Notes: generated by a model not told the origin, from the sequence alone. 55,727 nt of DNA from Promethearchaeota archaeon (GCA_019058015.1 JAHLWH010000212.1:1-55727); one strand, 5' to 3'; positions 17,944 to 28,180 are shown, counted from the first letter of the stretch. Program-made: numbers and translations.

Positions 17944-19167
17944 TTATATATCTACTCCATAGATTTTATTTTTCCTTTCTCTTACACCAAGATACATGTA
18001 GAGTTGACCTTTCATATCTTTTACTTTTCCTATTTTTTTTTTAGCTATATCAAATTCATCTCTCGTAACGTCTCGCCCACCCAAACCAACTATGAATGAC
18101 CTAAATAATGTTCCTAGGGGATATACCGCCGTTGCAATTGAAGATGAGAATGGTGGTATAAGATTATTTAATGAATCACTTTTTTCTAAAATAATCAATT
18201 TTTCAATATGATTCTCTTGGATTATTTTTTGTAATTCTTCATAAGGAAATGGGCGATATGCACGAATTTTAATTAGTCCAACATCTTTATTTTTTGTCAT
18301 CCAACTTATAATGTTACCGCACATGGAACCCATTGTAATAAATGCAGTTTTCGAGGAATTGTTTAAATTATATGTTTCTATCAAATGATATTCTCGACCA
18401 GTATCTTTCTTAAAGCGTTCAAAAGCTGCATTTATATAATTCAAAACTGGCTTTTTATCTACATCTAATCTCATTCTACCTTCCATAAAATAACTAGGAG
18501 TAACAATTCCACCCCAAGTTCCTGGATGTTCTGGATCAATATGATGTCTTGGTTTTTTTGGAGTTAAACTCTGGACGATCTTATCAGGGATTAATGTTAA
18601 TTGTTGAATAGAATGAGAAATAATAAATCCATCATGAACAAACATAGTAGGAAATAATGAATCTTCTGAAATCATCACGGATAAAATGGCAGAATCATAC
18701 GATTCTTGAACATTTTCAGAAACCAAACAATTCCAGCCAAAGTCAGTTAAAACAAATTCCCAAGAGTTCCATATTGATAAATTAGGAGCATTAAATGCCC
18801 TCGCAGAAATCATCATGGTTAATGGAACTCGCCAACCAACCGCCATAGGTAATGCTTCTGCCATTAATAAATATCCTTGTGAGGCAGTTGCTGTAAATGT
18901 TCTTGCTCCTGCAGCACAAGCAGCAGTAGAATAACTCATTGCAGCTAATTCAGATTCAACGTTAATAAAGGCTGCCTTTAATCTACCTTGATGCACAACA
19001 TCAGATAAACCTTCAACAGACTGAGTTTGTGGTGTAATTGGAAATGCACATATCACATCGGGATCTGTTTGTGTTACGGCTCCCGCAACAGCATAATTCC
19101 CTATCATTGCAGTTTTAATAGGTTCTTTAATTTCACTAAAAAATAATCTCATTGGTTCTATTGACAT
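17944..19167 (-). CDS. porA: Pyruvate/2-oxoacid:ferredoxin oxidoreductase alpha subunit
   Basis: GNYAVA, AFPITPQT, VESE, GARTFTATASQG, DGFIISH, YRPFP, GLGGRD. Confidence 0.92.
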   Translation of the reverse strand: MSIEPMRLFFSEIKEPIKTAMIGNYAVAGAVTQTDPDVICAFPITPQTQSVEGLSDVVHQGRLKAAFINVESELAAMSYSTAACAAGARTFTATASQGYLLMAEALPMAVGWRVPLTMMISARAFNAPNLSIWNSWEFVLTDFGWNCLVSENVQESYDSAILSVMISEDSLFPTMFVHDGFIISHSIQQLTLIPDKIVQSLTPKKPRHHIDPEHPGTWGGIVTPSYFMEGRMRLDVDKKPVLNYINAAFERFKKDTGREYHLIETYNLNNSSKTAFITMGSMCGNIISWMTKNKDVGLIKIRAYRPFPYEELQKIIQENHIEKLIILEKSDSLNNLIPPFSSSIATAVYPLGTLFRSFIVGLGGRDVTRDEFDIAKKKIGKVKDMKGQLYMYLGVRERKNKIYGVDI

Positions 19168-19269
19168 TTAGTTTTTACCTCTAATTATTATTTATATTAA
19201 ATTTTGGTTGGATTCTATTATAAAAAAATACATTTTTAACATAAAATAATTATCGCCATTTTCTGGAAT

Positions 19270-20241
19270 TTAACACGATATTAAATGGATTTTTGCTTTA
19301 GACGATATTGCCTTTACTGGGCATATATTCATACAATTTAAACAAGATTTGCAGTGAAATTGATCAATACCAGCCATATGCCATAATCCTTCATCATCTT
19401 TTTCTCTTAAAATAGAAAAATCTGGACAAATAAACCAGCATCTACCACAGTCTATACATATCTCCTTATCCCAGAGCATTTCTAATTCACTCCATGAACC
19501 CGTGTTAACTTGAGAACTTCCATATGCAATGATATCTTCATCACAATACCAAACTCCAGCTTTATCTAATTCTTGAAAACCGGGTTTTTCTGGTTCTACT
19601 TGTTGCCATAATACTTTTGTATCAGATGTTAAATCAAGTTCTACGTCGCTTTCATATAAACAAGTTGCTTCTATTGCGTGTTTTACTGCTATAATATTTT
19701 TCTCAACAATTTCTCCTTTAAATCTTTTCCTAATTGCTTCGGATAATTCTTCTAATGTAAAAAGGTGTGAAACATGAACCAATGCACCTAAAATTATTGT
19801 ATTAGTAATATTTCTCCCAAGAATTTCCAAAGCTATACTTGAAGCATCAATTCTTGCAATATTTATATCCTTTCTCTTAATAATGTTTTGAATTTCCGAT
19901 TCCTCCATTATAGAATTAACAATAAGCCATCCACCTTGAGGCATTCCTGCAGTAACATCTATTTCCCTCAATAAAGAATCATCTAAAACGGAAACTAAAT
20001 GAGGAGCGTAAACCTGTTCATTTGATCTAATTAAATCCTTATTAAAACTTAATCGAACATAACTTTCAGTAGGGCTACCAGCTCGTTCAGCACCAAATTT
20101 TGGCTGAGAAATACCATAGCCAGAAAAGGCTTCTACAGATAAATTGGAGGCTGTGACTCCTCCTTGACCACCTCTTGCATGAAACCTTAAGTTTATACAA
20201 TATTCTTTTAAGATTTCTTTTATTTTTTCTGGAGTAATCAT
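19270..20241 (-). CDS. 2-oxoacid:ferredoxin oxidoreductase gamma-delta fusion
   Basis: Gamma part: RFHARGGQGGVT, FGAERAGSP, NTIILGAL. Delta part: TGSW, CIDCGRCWFICP, CKSCLNCMNICP. Confidence 0.9.
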   Translation of the reverse strand: MITPEKIKEILKEYCINLRFHARGGQGGVTASNLSVEAFSGYGISQPKFGAERAGSPTESYVRLSFNKDLIRSNEQVYAPHLVSVLDDSLLREIDVTAGMPQGGWLIVNSIMEESEIQNIIKRKDINIARIDASSIALEILGRNITNTIILGALVHVSHLFTLEELSEAIRKRFKGEIVEKNIIAVKHAIEATCLYESDVELDLTSDTKVLWQQVEPEKPGFQELDKAGVWYCDEDIIAYGSSQVNTGSWSELEMLWDKEICIDCGRCWFICPDFSILREKDDEGLWHMAGIDQFHCKSCLNCMNICPVKAISSKAKIHLISC

Positions 20242-20889
20242 TTTTTTCTAAACTTTAATTTTATTCTAAGTTAAGCATAATCTAATAAAACATTAAAATT
20301 TTAGTTTTATGAATTATATTTCCATATTTAATCTAAATTCATTTTTTTAGCGTATTGGAATGTTTTTTTTATAAAATAGAAGTTTTAAAAAATTTCGCAT
20401 TTTTATTAAAATCAATAAATTGTATTATTAAATCTATAAAACTAATTTGATCTTGTAAATTAAAATGGACAAGAGATACAAATGAATTTTACTTATCAAA
20501 TAATAGATTATTCTTTAAAAAGTGTATTATTGGTCAAAAATTAATGAAACTTCAATAGGACATATAAAATTTTTTGATAAAAAAATATTTATTATTCAAA
20601 TTAATCATTAGTTGATCAATCTCGAATTTACTCTTTCGAACCTTCCAAATAATTATGGCGAAATATTTAAATCATTTTATTGATATTAATATCATGGTTA
20701 AGTTTTTAGATCATAATAGTGTCATAATGTCAAAAAATCGTTGAAACCTAAAAAAAATTCTAGGATATCACTGAAAATAAGGTTATATCAAATTTCCTAA
20801 ATGCTTACAATGACATAATTCAATGAAAATCCAAGAAAATGTTTCTATATTAATACCAAGTAAAAAATAAAAAAGGGTTCCTAATAAAA

Positions 20890-21324
20890 ATGGAATATAA
20901 TATTGTAATTTTTTTTGGTCCAGAATGTAAATATAGTGAAACAGAATTAAAGAAATTATTTCGAAGTAAAAGTAATTTTCCAAAAAAAATTTCCAAAATG
21001 AATATAGAAGGATGCATTGACTTAAAGTATATGTTATATGCAATAGATCAAGGTGCTGATGGAGTTATTATCATCAAATCTATCTCTAATATAGGAACAT
21101 TCAATATGATAAGTGCTTCTGTTCAAAAAGATGTTGAATTGGCTAATCATATATTAGAAAGAAGAGGTTTTGGTAATCAAAGAATTAATATGTATTGGTG
21201 TAAAAGTGGTGACTACAAACATTTAGCTGAAGTTATTGAAGATACTTATAGAAAAATTAAAGAAATTGGACCAAATCCGATCAAATGTAAAATTGATAAA
21301 TATATAACTCCTATTGTTGAATAA
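20890..21324 (+). CDS. MvhD/FlpD-like protein lacking most [2Fe-2S] cysteines
   Basis: Matches the MvhD pattern (IVIF..ECKY, GADGVII, LE..GF..QRI.MYW, IKEIGPNP), but the CCxWC, MCSG and GCHxGDCH motifs are degenerate. Confidence 0.7.
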   Translation: MEYNIVIFFGPECKYSETELKKLFRSKSNFPKKISKMNIEGCIDLKYMLYAIDQGADGVIIIKSISNIGTFNMISASVQKDVELANHILERRGFGNQRINMYWCKSGDYKHLAEVIEDTYRKIKEIGPNPIKCKIDKYITPIVE

Positions 21325-21407
21325 ACTTTAAAGAATATTTATTTTAAAATGATTATCCTTACAAATGAATGGTAAAAAAAAATAAAAATAAATTTAATTA
21401 AAAAAAA

Positions 21408-22898
21408 ATGAGAAAGATGATTGAAAATATTAAGAGTTATGATTTTAAATTTTTATCTCCAAAAAATTTAATGAATGCAACTTATAAAGCAGTAAATAAT
21501 TTTCAGATTAGAACTATTTTTAAAGCTAAAGAAGATATTCTAAATCATGGAAAATATAGTGAAGAAGAGTTTCTCAATTTTTTAGATTCAATGATTGATG
21601 CTGAAACTTCGCGAAAATATATTCTAGAAAAATTAAAAGGTAAAAAACCATTAACCTTAGAAAAAATTATAAAAAACGTTAATTTTCCCCCAGAAAATAT
21701 TATTAGAGATATAATATATCTTAGAGAACAAGGTTTTATAGAGGAATTACACGAAATTAAAATAGAAAAGCAAATAATTAATGAAAAAATAGTAGAAATA
21801 AAAAAAGATATTTATAGATACCAAGTCAGAGAAATAACTGATCATTTTCAAGAACACTTTTTTTGTTCTGCTTCGCTAATTTATGATTCTGGTTTTTGTT
21901 GCCAATGTGGGTTTTGTCAAACAATATGTCCTTTAGATGCCATTAAGATTACAGACGAATTTTTGGAAGTAGATGATGGAAAATGTATTAATTGTTGTTT
22001 ATGTTACAGCGTTTGCCCACAATCATTTTCTTTCGAACAAGCATATAATCAAATTAAAAAATTAGATAGTTCCCTAAAATTTTCAGAACAAATAGGATAT
22101 TATAAAGATCTTTATACTGTAAAAACTACAAATTATCTAATTCATAAATTAGGACAAGATGGAGGGGCTGTTACATCACTACTTTATTATTTATTAGAAA
22201 ATAAATTAGTAGATGCCGTCGTAGCTGTTTCAAATTCAAAAAATCGGTGGAAACCTGAAGCTGTGATTGTAGAGAACGTGAAAGATTTGTATAAAACGGC
22301 AGGAACTAATTATGCATATGTTCCTATATTAAAAATATTAGAAAAAACAAAAAAATATAAAAATATAGCTATTGTAGGGCTCCCATGTAAGATAAAAGCT
22401 CTAACAAAAGGTAATTTATTTGCAAATAAATTGCCCTTTTTTGAAAATATTAAATATAAAATCGGATTATTTTGTATGGAATCATTTAATTATGATAATT
22501 TAATTAAACTTATTGATGAAAAATTTGGTAAGGATATTAATGAAATAATTAAAATGAATATTAAAAAAAGCAAATTTATTATAACTCTTAAATCTGAAGA
22601 AGAATTAAGTATGCCTTTATATGATTTTCTAGACTATGCTCGTGATGTGTGTAGCTATTGTGAAGATTTAACTGCTGAACATGCTGATATTTCTGTAGGA
22701 GGAATTGGTTCTAGGGCAGGATGGTCTTCTCTTATTATAAGAACGGAAAAAGGACAAGAAATTTTTGATGGAGCAATTAATACTAAAATAATTGAATCTC
22801 AAAAATTAAAATATTTTAAACTGGGTCGATATTTAATAGAAAAAATTGCAAAGATTAAAAAATCTAAGTATAAACCAATTAAACTTATGATAACATAA
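21408..22898 (+). CDS. FrhB/FpoF-like F420-binding flavoprotein with 2x[4Fe-4S] and N-terminal helical/wHTH domain
   Basis: CCQCGFCQTICP, CINCCLCYSVCP, GQDGGAVTSLL, VGLPC, IGLFCMESF, CSYCEDLTAEHADISVGGIG, GWS..IRTEKG. Confidence 0.85.
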   Translation: MRKMIENIKSYDFKFLSPKNLMNATYKAVNNFQIRTIFKAKEDILNHGKYSEEEFLNFLDSMIDAETSRKYILEKLKGKKPLTLEKIIKNVNFPPENIIRDIIYLREQGFIEELHEIKIEKQIINEKIVEIKKDIYRYQVREITDHFQEHFFCSASLIYDSGFCCQCGFCQTICPLDAIKITDEFLEVDDGKCINCCLCYSVCPQSFSFEQAYNQIKKLDSSLKFSEQIGYYKDLYTVKTTNYLIHKLGQDGGAVTSLLYYLLENKLVDAVVAVSNSKNRWKPEAVIVENVKDLYKTAGTNYAYVPILKILEKTKKYKNIAIVGLPCKIKALTKGNLFANKLPFFENIKYKIGLFCMESFNYDNLIKLIDEKFGKDINEIIKMNIKKSKFIITLKSEEELSMPLYDFLDYARDVCSYCEDLTAEHADISVGGIGSRAGWSSLIIRTEKGQEIFDGAINTKIIESQKLKYFKLGRYLIEKIAKIKKSKYKPIKLMIT

Positions 22899-22971
22899 TT
22901 TTTATAAATTCAATCCTTCGATTTTTTAATAATTTTTAAATTTTTTCTAATATTTCATTAGAATAATTTAG

Positions 22972-24399
22972 ATGAATGATTATAATCCTTCTGAAATAAA
23001 AGATATTTCATTTTTATCTGAAATCCAAAACATGGCAATTATTGGGGTTTCAAAAAGTAGAAACTACTTTTTTCTTAAGGCACATCAAGAGAATTTTAAT
23101 GGAAAAATTTTTGCAATTAATCCAAAAATAAAGATAATTCCAGGGTTTGACGACGGTACTCAAGGGAAAATATTTCCTTCAATTAAAGATATACCAGAAC
23201 CAATCGATTTTGCATTTATCGCAGTTGCAAAAGAACAGATCTTAGAAGTAATTGATGATTGTATAGAAAAGGGCGTTAAATTAGTAAGTATTTTTACCTC
23301 GGAATTCTCAGATTCGGGAACGGAAGAAGGAATCCAATTAGAAAAGGAGTTAATTAAACATGTACAAAATAAAATCAGAATTCTTGGACCCAATGGAATG
23401 GGCTTATATTATCCAAAAAAGGGAATAGCTTGGCGCATAGGGTTTCCAAGTAAACCAGGGCGAATTGGTTTGATCTGCCAATCAGGAGGCCTTGCAAATC
23501 TTGCAATATTTATGGCAAAGGAATTAGGTTTGACTTTTTCTAAAGTTTTTTCTTTCGGAAATGGAGCAGATCTTGATCTTGTGGATCTTTTAGCTTATTT
23601 ATCTAAAGATAGTGAAACAGATCATATTATTATATATTTAGAAGGCATAAAAGAAGGAAGGGGTAAAGTCTTAAGAAAAGTTTTAGAAAAAAATAAAAAA
23701 CCTATTATATTATTAAAGGGAGGCGTTTCAAATACTGGACAAATAGCTGCAAAGACACATACTGCAGCTCTTACGGGAAAAAATGAAATTTGGGATGCGA
23801 TATTTAAACAATTTGGAGTTATTCAAGTTGAAACTCTCACAGAATTATTATGTGGCGCGTTAATTTTAGACTATTATGGAACTTTTAAAGCTAAAAACTT
23901 TCTAATTATCTCCATATCCGGTGGATATGGAGTTATGCTTACAGATATAGTTGAAAAAAAATATGGTTTTAAAGTCCCACAATTTAATGTTGATATTCAA
24001 GAAAAAATTGCTAAATTGTTTTATATGAGAGGTACCAGTCCAAGAAATCCGCTTGATTTTGCTGCTCAATTCTATGATATGAAGACCTTAAAAAAGATTT
24101 TTGAAATTGCTCTATCTGATAATGAAATAGATGCAATGATTTTTGATGTTCCAGCTTTTTATTTCGATCCCCGTTATAGATTCCTCAAATATATTAATTG
24201 GGAAGAAAATTTATTAGATGCACTTAATTTCAGTAAAGAATTTCATAAACCTATTTTTATTATTATTCAACGTGTTGATTTTCCTGAACTTAGAAGTGAT
24301 ATTATTAAAATGCTAAGAGGAAAGAAAATTCCGGTATTTGGACAACCAAAAGAATTCCTGCCATTTCTAAAAGAATTAAACAAAATTTTTGATAAGTAA
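22972..24399 (+). CDS. CoA-binding protein, ADP-forming acyl-CoA synthetase alpha-subunit-like
   Basis: AIIGVS, RILGPNGMG, QSGG, SFGNGADL, YLEG, LKGG, phospho-His site THTAALTG, NPLD; no ATP-grasp domain. Confidence 0.85.
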   Translation: MNDYNPSEIKDISFLSEIQNMAIIGVSKSRNYFFLKAHQENFNGKIFAINPKIKIIPGFDDGTQGKIFPSIKDIPEPIDFAFIAVAKEQILEVIDDCIEKGVKLVSIFTSEFSDSGTEEGIQLEKELIKHVQNKIRILGPNGMGLYYPKKGIAWRIGFPSKPGRIGLICQSGGLANLAIFMAKELGLTFSKVFSFGNGADLDLVDLLAYLSKDSETDHIIIYLEGIKEGRGKVLRKVLEKNKKPIILLKGGVSNTGQIAAKTHTAALTGKNEIWDAIFKQFGVIQVETLTELLCGALILDYYGTFKAKNFLIISISGGYGVMLTDIVEKKYGFKVPQFNVDIQEKIAKLFYMRGTSPRNPLDFAAQFYDMKTLKKIFEIALSDNEIDAMIFDVPAFYFDPRYRFLKYINWEENLLDALNFSKEFHKPIFIIIQRVDFPELRSDIIKMLRGKKIPVFGQPKEFLPFLKELNKIFDK

Positions 24400-24402
24400 A
24401 AC

Positions 24403-25827
24403 TTATTTAGTTAAATAATGCTTCTTATGATTCTCTAATAAGTTCAAAATTCCCGCAACATCTTTATTGAGAATTAAATTTTTTAGAGTTTCATTCTGCT
24501 CCTTATTAAAATCTAAATATGGATATGTTTCAATTAATCGCTTTACATATATAAGCCCTAAATACTTTCTCGTGTATTTCGAATTAGAATATTTAAATGT
24601 TGTCAAGAATTCACTATCAAGTTTTTCTCGAAAGTGTTCTAATATAAGATTAAAAAAATTTTTTAATAATTTCTGATTTTCTACTGAGAGTTGAGGCGAG
24701 AAAAAAATTTGAATTGGATGTGTCCTATATGTATTACCTGAAACAAGAATCCCATCAATATTAAATTCATTTTTAATTATACTAATCCCTACTCTTCCCT
24801 CATCTGAGCCTGAATCCACTGTTCGAACAAATAATATATTCGATTTGATTCTGTTTTCTAATCCTTCATTAACTTCAAGTGTTAATTTTTTATATTCATT
24901 ATTTTGATAATTATTTGCATCAATTACGTTGATTTTATTAATTCCGTTGTTTTTTGATACTTCCTCCATTAGTAAGTAATATTTAATGTGTAGAGGATTA
25001 TTAGCTCGATGATTTTTAAGAAATTCTTCAAATTCTGAGCCAGCCCTATATTTAAATTTAGGTTTTAAAACGTAAATCTTTTCTAAAATCTGGTCTCCTT
25101 TTTTAATTTTTATTACATTAAATTCTTGAATTTCTATTAATGGCTTCACTTTTCTTTTAAAAAAACATAAGCATATATTTGTTCCAGTAAATTCGAAGAT
25201 TTGTTTTTCGAAGATAATAACTCTTTTAATATGATAATATTTTAGGAAATCTTCTCTAATCTTATTGGATACTGATGCACCAAAATAAAAATTTGATGGG
25301 ATAATATATATTAAATTCAAAAGTTTATTTCTCAAATCATTAACCATAGCAATTTGATATAAATCCTGATACCCCTTATTTTTATTATCGAAATAGGATA
25401 AGTATTTTTGCGTTTCTTTATGCTTTCGGATGTATCCTAAATATAAATAGGGGGGATTTGTAATATGATATATAGGATATTTGAATTTTTTTAAAAAAAT
25501 CGGGAAATTCTTTAAATTATCACGTAATTGAATATTTTGTTTAGCTATTTTTTCTTTAATTCCATAATTTTTAGCAGTTTTAATGCACTTATGAACCATT
25601 TTTTCCTGAATATCCGATAAAAATATATGGTCTTTAAAAAAATCATTTCTTTCCTTTTTAGGAAGATGATTTAATATTGGAAAAATCAGATTTCCCTCTC
25701 CAGCATAAAGATCCATCCATAAAAAATTATTTAAATCATTTTTTATTTCAGGAAAAATCAATTCGTCAAAGATTTCTGTAGATGTAAGATGTTCCCCTAA
25801 TAATCTTCTCTTCTCTTTAAATGACAT
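24403..25827 (-). CDS. Amino (probably N6-adenine) DNA methyltransferase
   Basis: Motif I DLYAGEGNL, motif IV ITNPPY, IIPSNF, IFEFTGT; C-terminal putative target-recognition region. Confidence 0.85.
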   Translation of the reverse strand: MSFKEKRRLLGEHLTSTEIFDELIFPEIKNDLNNFLWMDLYAGEGNLIFPILNHLPKKERNDFFKDHIFLSDIQEKMVHKCIKTAKNYGIKEKIAKQNIQLRDNLKNFPIFLKKFKYPIYHITNPPYLYLGYIRKHKETQKYLSYFDNKNKGYQDLYQIAMVNDLRNKLLNLIYIIPSNFYFGASVSNKIREDFLKYYHIKRVIIFEKQIFEFTGTNICLCFFKRKVKPLIEIQEFNVIKIKKGDQILEKIYVLKPKFKYRAGSEFEEFLKNHRANNPLHIKYYLLMEEVSKNNGINKINVIDANNYQNNEYKKLTLEVNEGLENRIKSNILFVRTVDSGSDEGRVGISIIKNEFNIDGILVSGNTYRTHPIQIFFSPQLSVENQKLLKNFFNLILEHFREKLDSEFLTTFKYSNSKYTRKYLGLIYVKRLIETYPYLDFNKEQNETLKNLILNKDVAGILNLLENHKKHYLTK

Positions 25828-25841
25828 ATTTTTATTCCTTT

Positions 25842-26669
25842 TTAAGGAAAAGTTAAAGTTGCTACGGTAGGATAATGATCAGAACCAAATTCAGCGGGAG
25901 TATCAACTCCGGGAATCATATCGCTAAGTATATAGTAATTAACAATCTCTTGATAACCCGAGGCATAAATATGATCTATTCTTGCTCGTTGATCAATAGG
26001 AACTGCTTCAGCGGTATTGTTAAAATAGGAATGAATTGGATAAAGTATTGATTCTTCGGAATGAGTCCAATTCTCACGTAGATTAAAGTCTCCCATTAAA
26101 ATTTTTGGTTTTGTAGAAGAAGTAAAAACTTTCTGGATATTTTCGACGAGAAAATTTACTTGTCTTGTTAAATTCTCTGCTCTAGTCCCAAGATGTGTTA
26201 CAAATACATCAAATTGGAGTGTATTATTTACTTCAACCACGCAATGGATATAAACCCTTCTCATAGAAATACTGGGTATCTGTTCGCCCATTTTAAATGT
26301 TATGGGATATTTGCTTAGGAGTGCGCAACCAAACGAATGTTCACTTTCTGCAGGGTAATAATAATAATGCATATTTAATCTTTTTGCTAACCAAAATGCC
26401 ATATCTACCCCTTGAGTTGTCATTCTACCATTTTCTACTTCTTGAAGTCCAATGATATCGGGCTCTGCGACTAAAATGTTCTGTGCTAACCGTTCAAAAT
26501 TTAGTAAATTATCTTCACCTTGTCCAAAATGAATGTTATATGTCATAAACGTAAATTCATTTTTTGTTGAACTTTCTACCGGTGTTTCGCTAACTCCAAA
26601 CATTATAATTGAAAATATCGGTGGAATGAAAAATAAAAATATAAGAATAATTCTATGATTTTTCCTCAT
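25842..26669 (-). CDS. Membrane-anchored endonuclease/exonuclease/phosphatase (EEP) protein, Cwh43/PGAP2IP C-terminal-like
   Basis: N-terminal TM segment; MTYNIHFG, DIIGLQEV, LLSKYPI, THL, MGDFN, IDHI, SDHYP. Confidence 0.85.
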   Translation of the reverse strand: MRKNHRIILIFLFFIPPIFSIIMFGVSETPVESSTKNEFTFMTYNIHFGQGEDNLLNFERLAQNILVAEPDIIGLQEVENGRMTTQGVDMAFWLAKRLNMHYYYYPAESEHSFGCALLSKYPITFKMGEQIPSISMRRVYIHCVVEVNNTLQFDVFVTHLGTRAENLTRQVNFLVENIQKVFTSSTKPKILMGDFNLRENWTHSEESILYPIHSYFNNTAEAVPIDQRARIDHIYASGYQEIVNYYILSDMIPGVDTPAEFGSDHYPTVATLTFP

Positions 26670-27949
26670 CTAATTCCCTCCTCCTTTTTTGATTTGAATA
26701 TAATTGAAAACCAAGTTGAAATAGAAAAAATAATTCCTGCTAGCATTAATATGAATGGCCCTAGATCTTTTAAAAATTTAAATGTATATGCCCATTCATC
26801 TGCAAAGGCATGCAAAAGAATAAATAAAACTAAAAAGGCGAGTCCAATTGTTATAGAATTAGAAATTGTTTTTAATTTCTCCCATTTGAAATTTATTTTT
26901 AATAATCGGAACAATAATAAATAGAAATTTAAATACATGATTACGAGAGAAATTGAAATGAGAATACTTGCAATATAGGTTAAAATTTTTCCAAGAAATA
27001 GGAATAGACACAGAGACAAAATCATAAAACCATTCAGAATTCCTATTATTTTTTTATTTGAAACTAAATCTATGTTTACAAATAGTATTATACAAATCGC
27101 AATCATTAGTGCAACTATACTTAAAATATTGTTAAAAGAATAACTAGTTCCAGTATATTGGGCAATTGCGTTGGGATAAAGGAAGAGATTAATTAAGAGA
27201 AATAAGAACATTCCTAATCCTATAAAGATTAGGGAATAAAAAGTGCTGAAATTATCTTTTTTCTCTATAACTTCTTTAGATTTTGTGGAAAATCTTAGAA
27301 AATGCAATCTCGTGAAATAGATACAAAAAAAGCTTAAAGGAATTTGAATAAATAACCAGATATATTGCGTTATAAACCAATAATCTGCGATTAAACCTGG
27401 TGGTAATAGTGAAATATCTTGGGAAAAACCAATTGTTCTAATTAAATAATCAATTAGAAAGGCACAAAAAATAGAAAATGTAATTATTATTACTTTATGA
27501 TTTAGTTCAATATCATCAGCTTCCTCTACCCAAAGGGTAAGGAATGTGCTCATAAAAAAGCCGTAAAATGTGATTATTACTCCCGAACAGATAACCTCCC
27601 ATATAAATGGTAGATGAAATGCCATTAATAATCTAATGATAGCAATGACATATATAGAAAAAATCATAAAACCACTTTTTTCAATCTTCTTGCCAATTGT
27701 ATTGGTCAAGGCTGGTAAAAAGAAAAAAATTAGGGTAAGAAGGATGGGATAATATTGTGGTTGCCCTGAAAATACTGCATAATACATGCCCATATATAAT
27801 CCTGTTAAATATGCCTTTAAACTTTGGATGTAAAACAAAGTCATTAATACTGTGACAAATATAAGCGTGAATAAGGGTTTAGATTTTAATTTATTTTCTA
27901 TTTCTGAAAATGAAAAATCAGATTTTGTTTTATTTGACATCTTTTTCAC
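26666..27949 (-). CDS. Polytopic membrane protein, translationally coupled to the EEP gene
   Basis: Roughly 12 hydrophobic segments; its stop overlaps the EEP start (ATGA, 26666-26669). Confidence 0.75.
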   Translation of the reverse strand: MKKMSNKTKSDFSFSEIENKLKSKPLFTLIFVTVLMTLFYIQSLKAYLTGLYMGMYYAVFSGQPQYYPILLTLIFFFLPALTNTIGKKIEKSGFMIFSIYVIAIIRLLMAFHLPFIWEVICSGVIITFYGFFMSTFLTLWVEEADDIELNHKVIIITFSIFCAFLIDYLIRTIGFSQDISLLPPGLIADYWFITQYIWLFIQIPLSFFCIYFTRLHFLRFSTKSKEVIEKKDNFSTFYSLIFIGLGMFLFLLINLFLYPNAIAQYTGTSYSFNNILSIVALMIAICIILFVNIDLVSNKKIIGILNGFMILSLCLFLFLGKILTYIASILISISLVIMYLNFYLLLFRLLKINFKWEKLKTISNSITIGLAFLVLFILLHAFADEWAYTFKFLKDLGPFILMLAGIIFSISTWFSIIFKSKKEEGIR

Positions 27950-28111
27950 TTAAAATAATCAAATTGGAATGATAAATTAAAAGATAGTTATATACTTAAT
28001 TCTACTAGTTTATATATTTTTATCAAACCTTTTTAATTAGATTTTATCTAATTTACCAAATTAAAAAATTAGTTTTTTACCTTTATAATTGACTTTATTC
28101 CTTATATTAAT

Positions 28112-28180
28112 TCATTTAAAAGGTAATTTTACAATAAAATTTGCACCCTTATTTCTTCCTTTGGACTCGACAAAAATTTT
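28112..28180 (-). pseudogene. 3' remnant of a sensor histidine kinase HATPase domain
   Basis: Reads KIFVESKGRNKGANFIVKLPFK*, matching the kinase C-terminus seen at ~54010-54081 ([19 protein letters not shown]); no upstream gene body. Confidence 0.7.
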
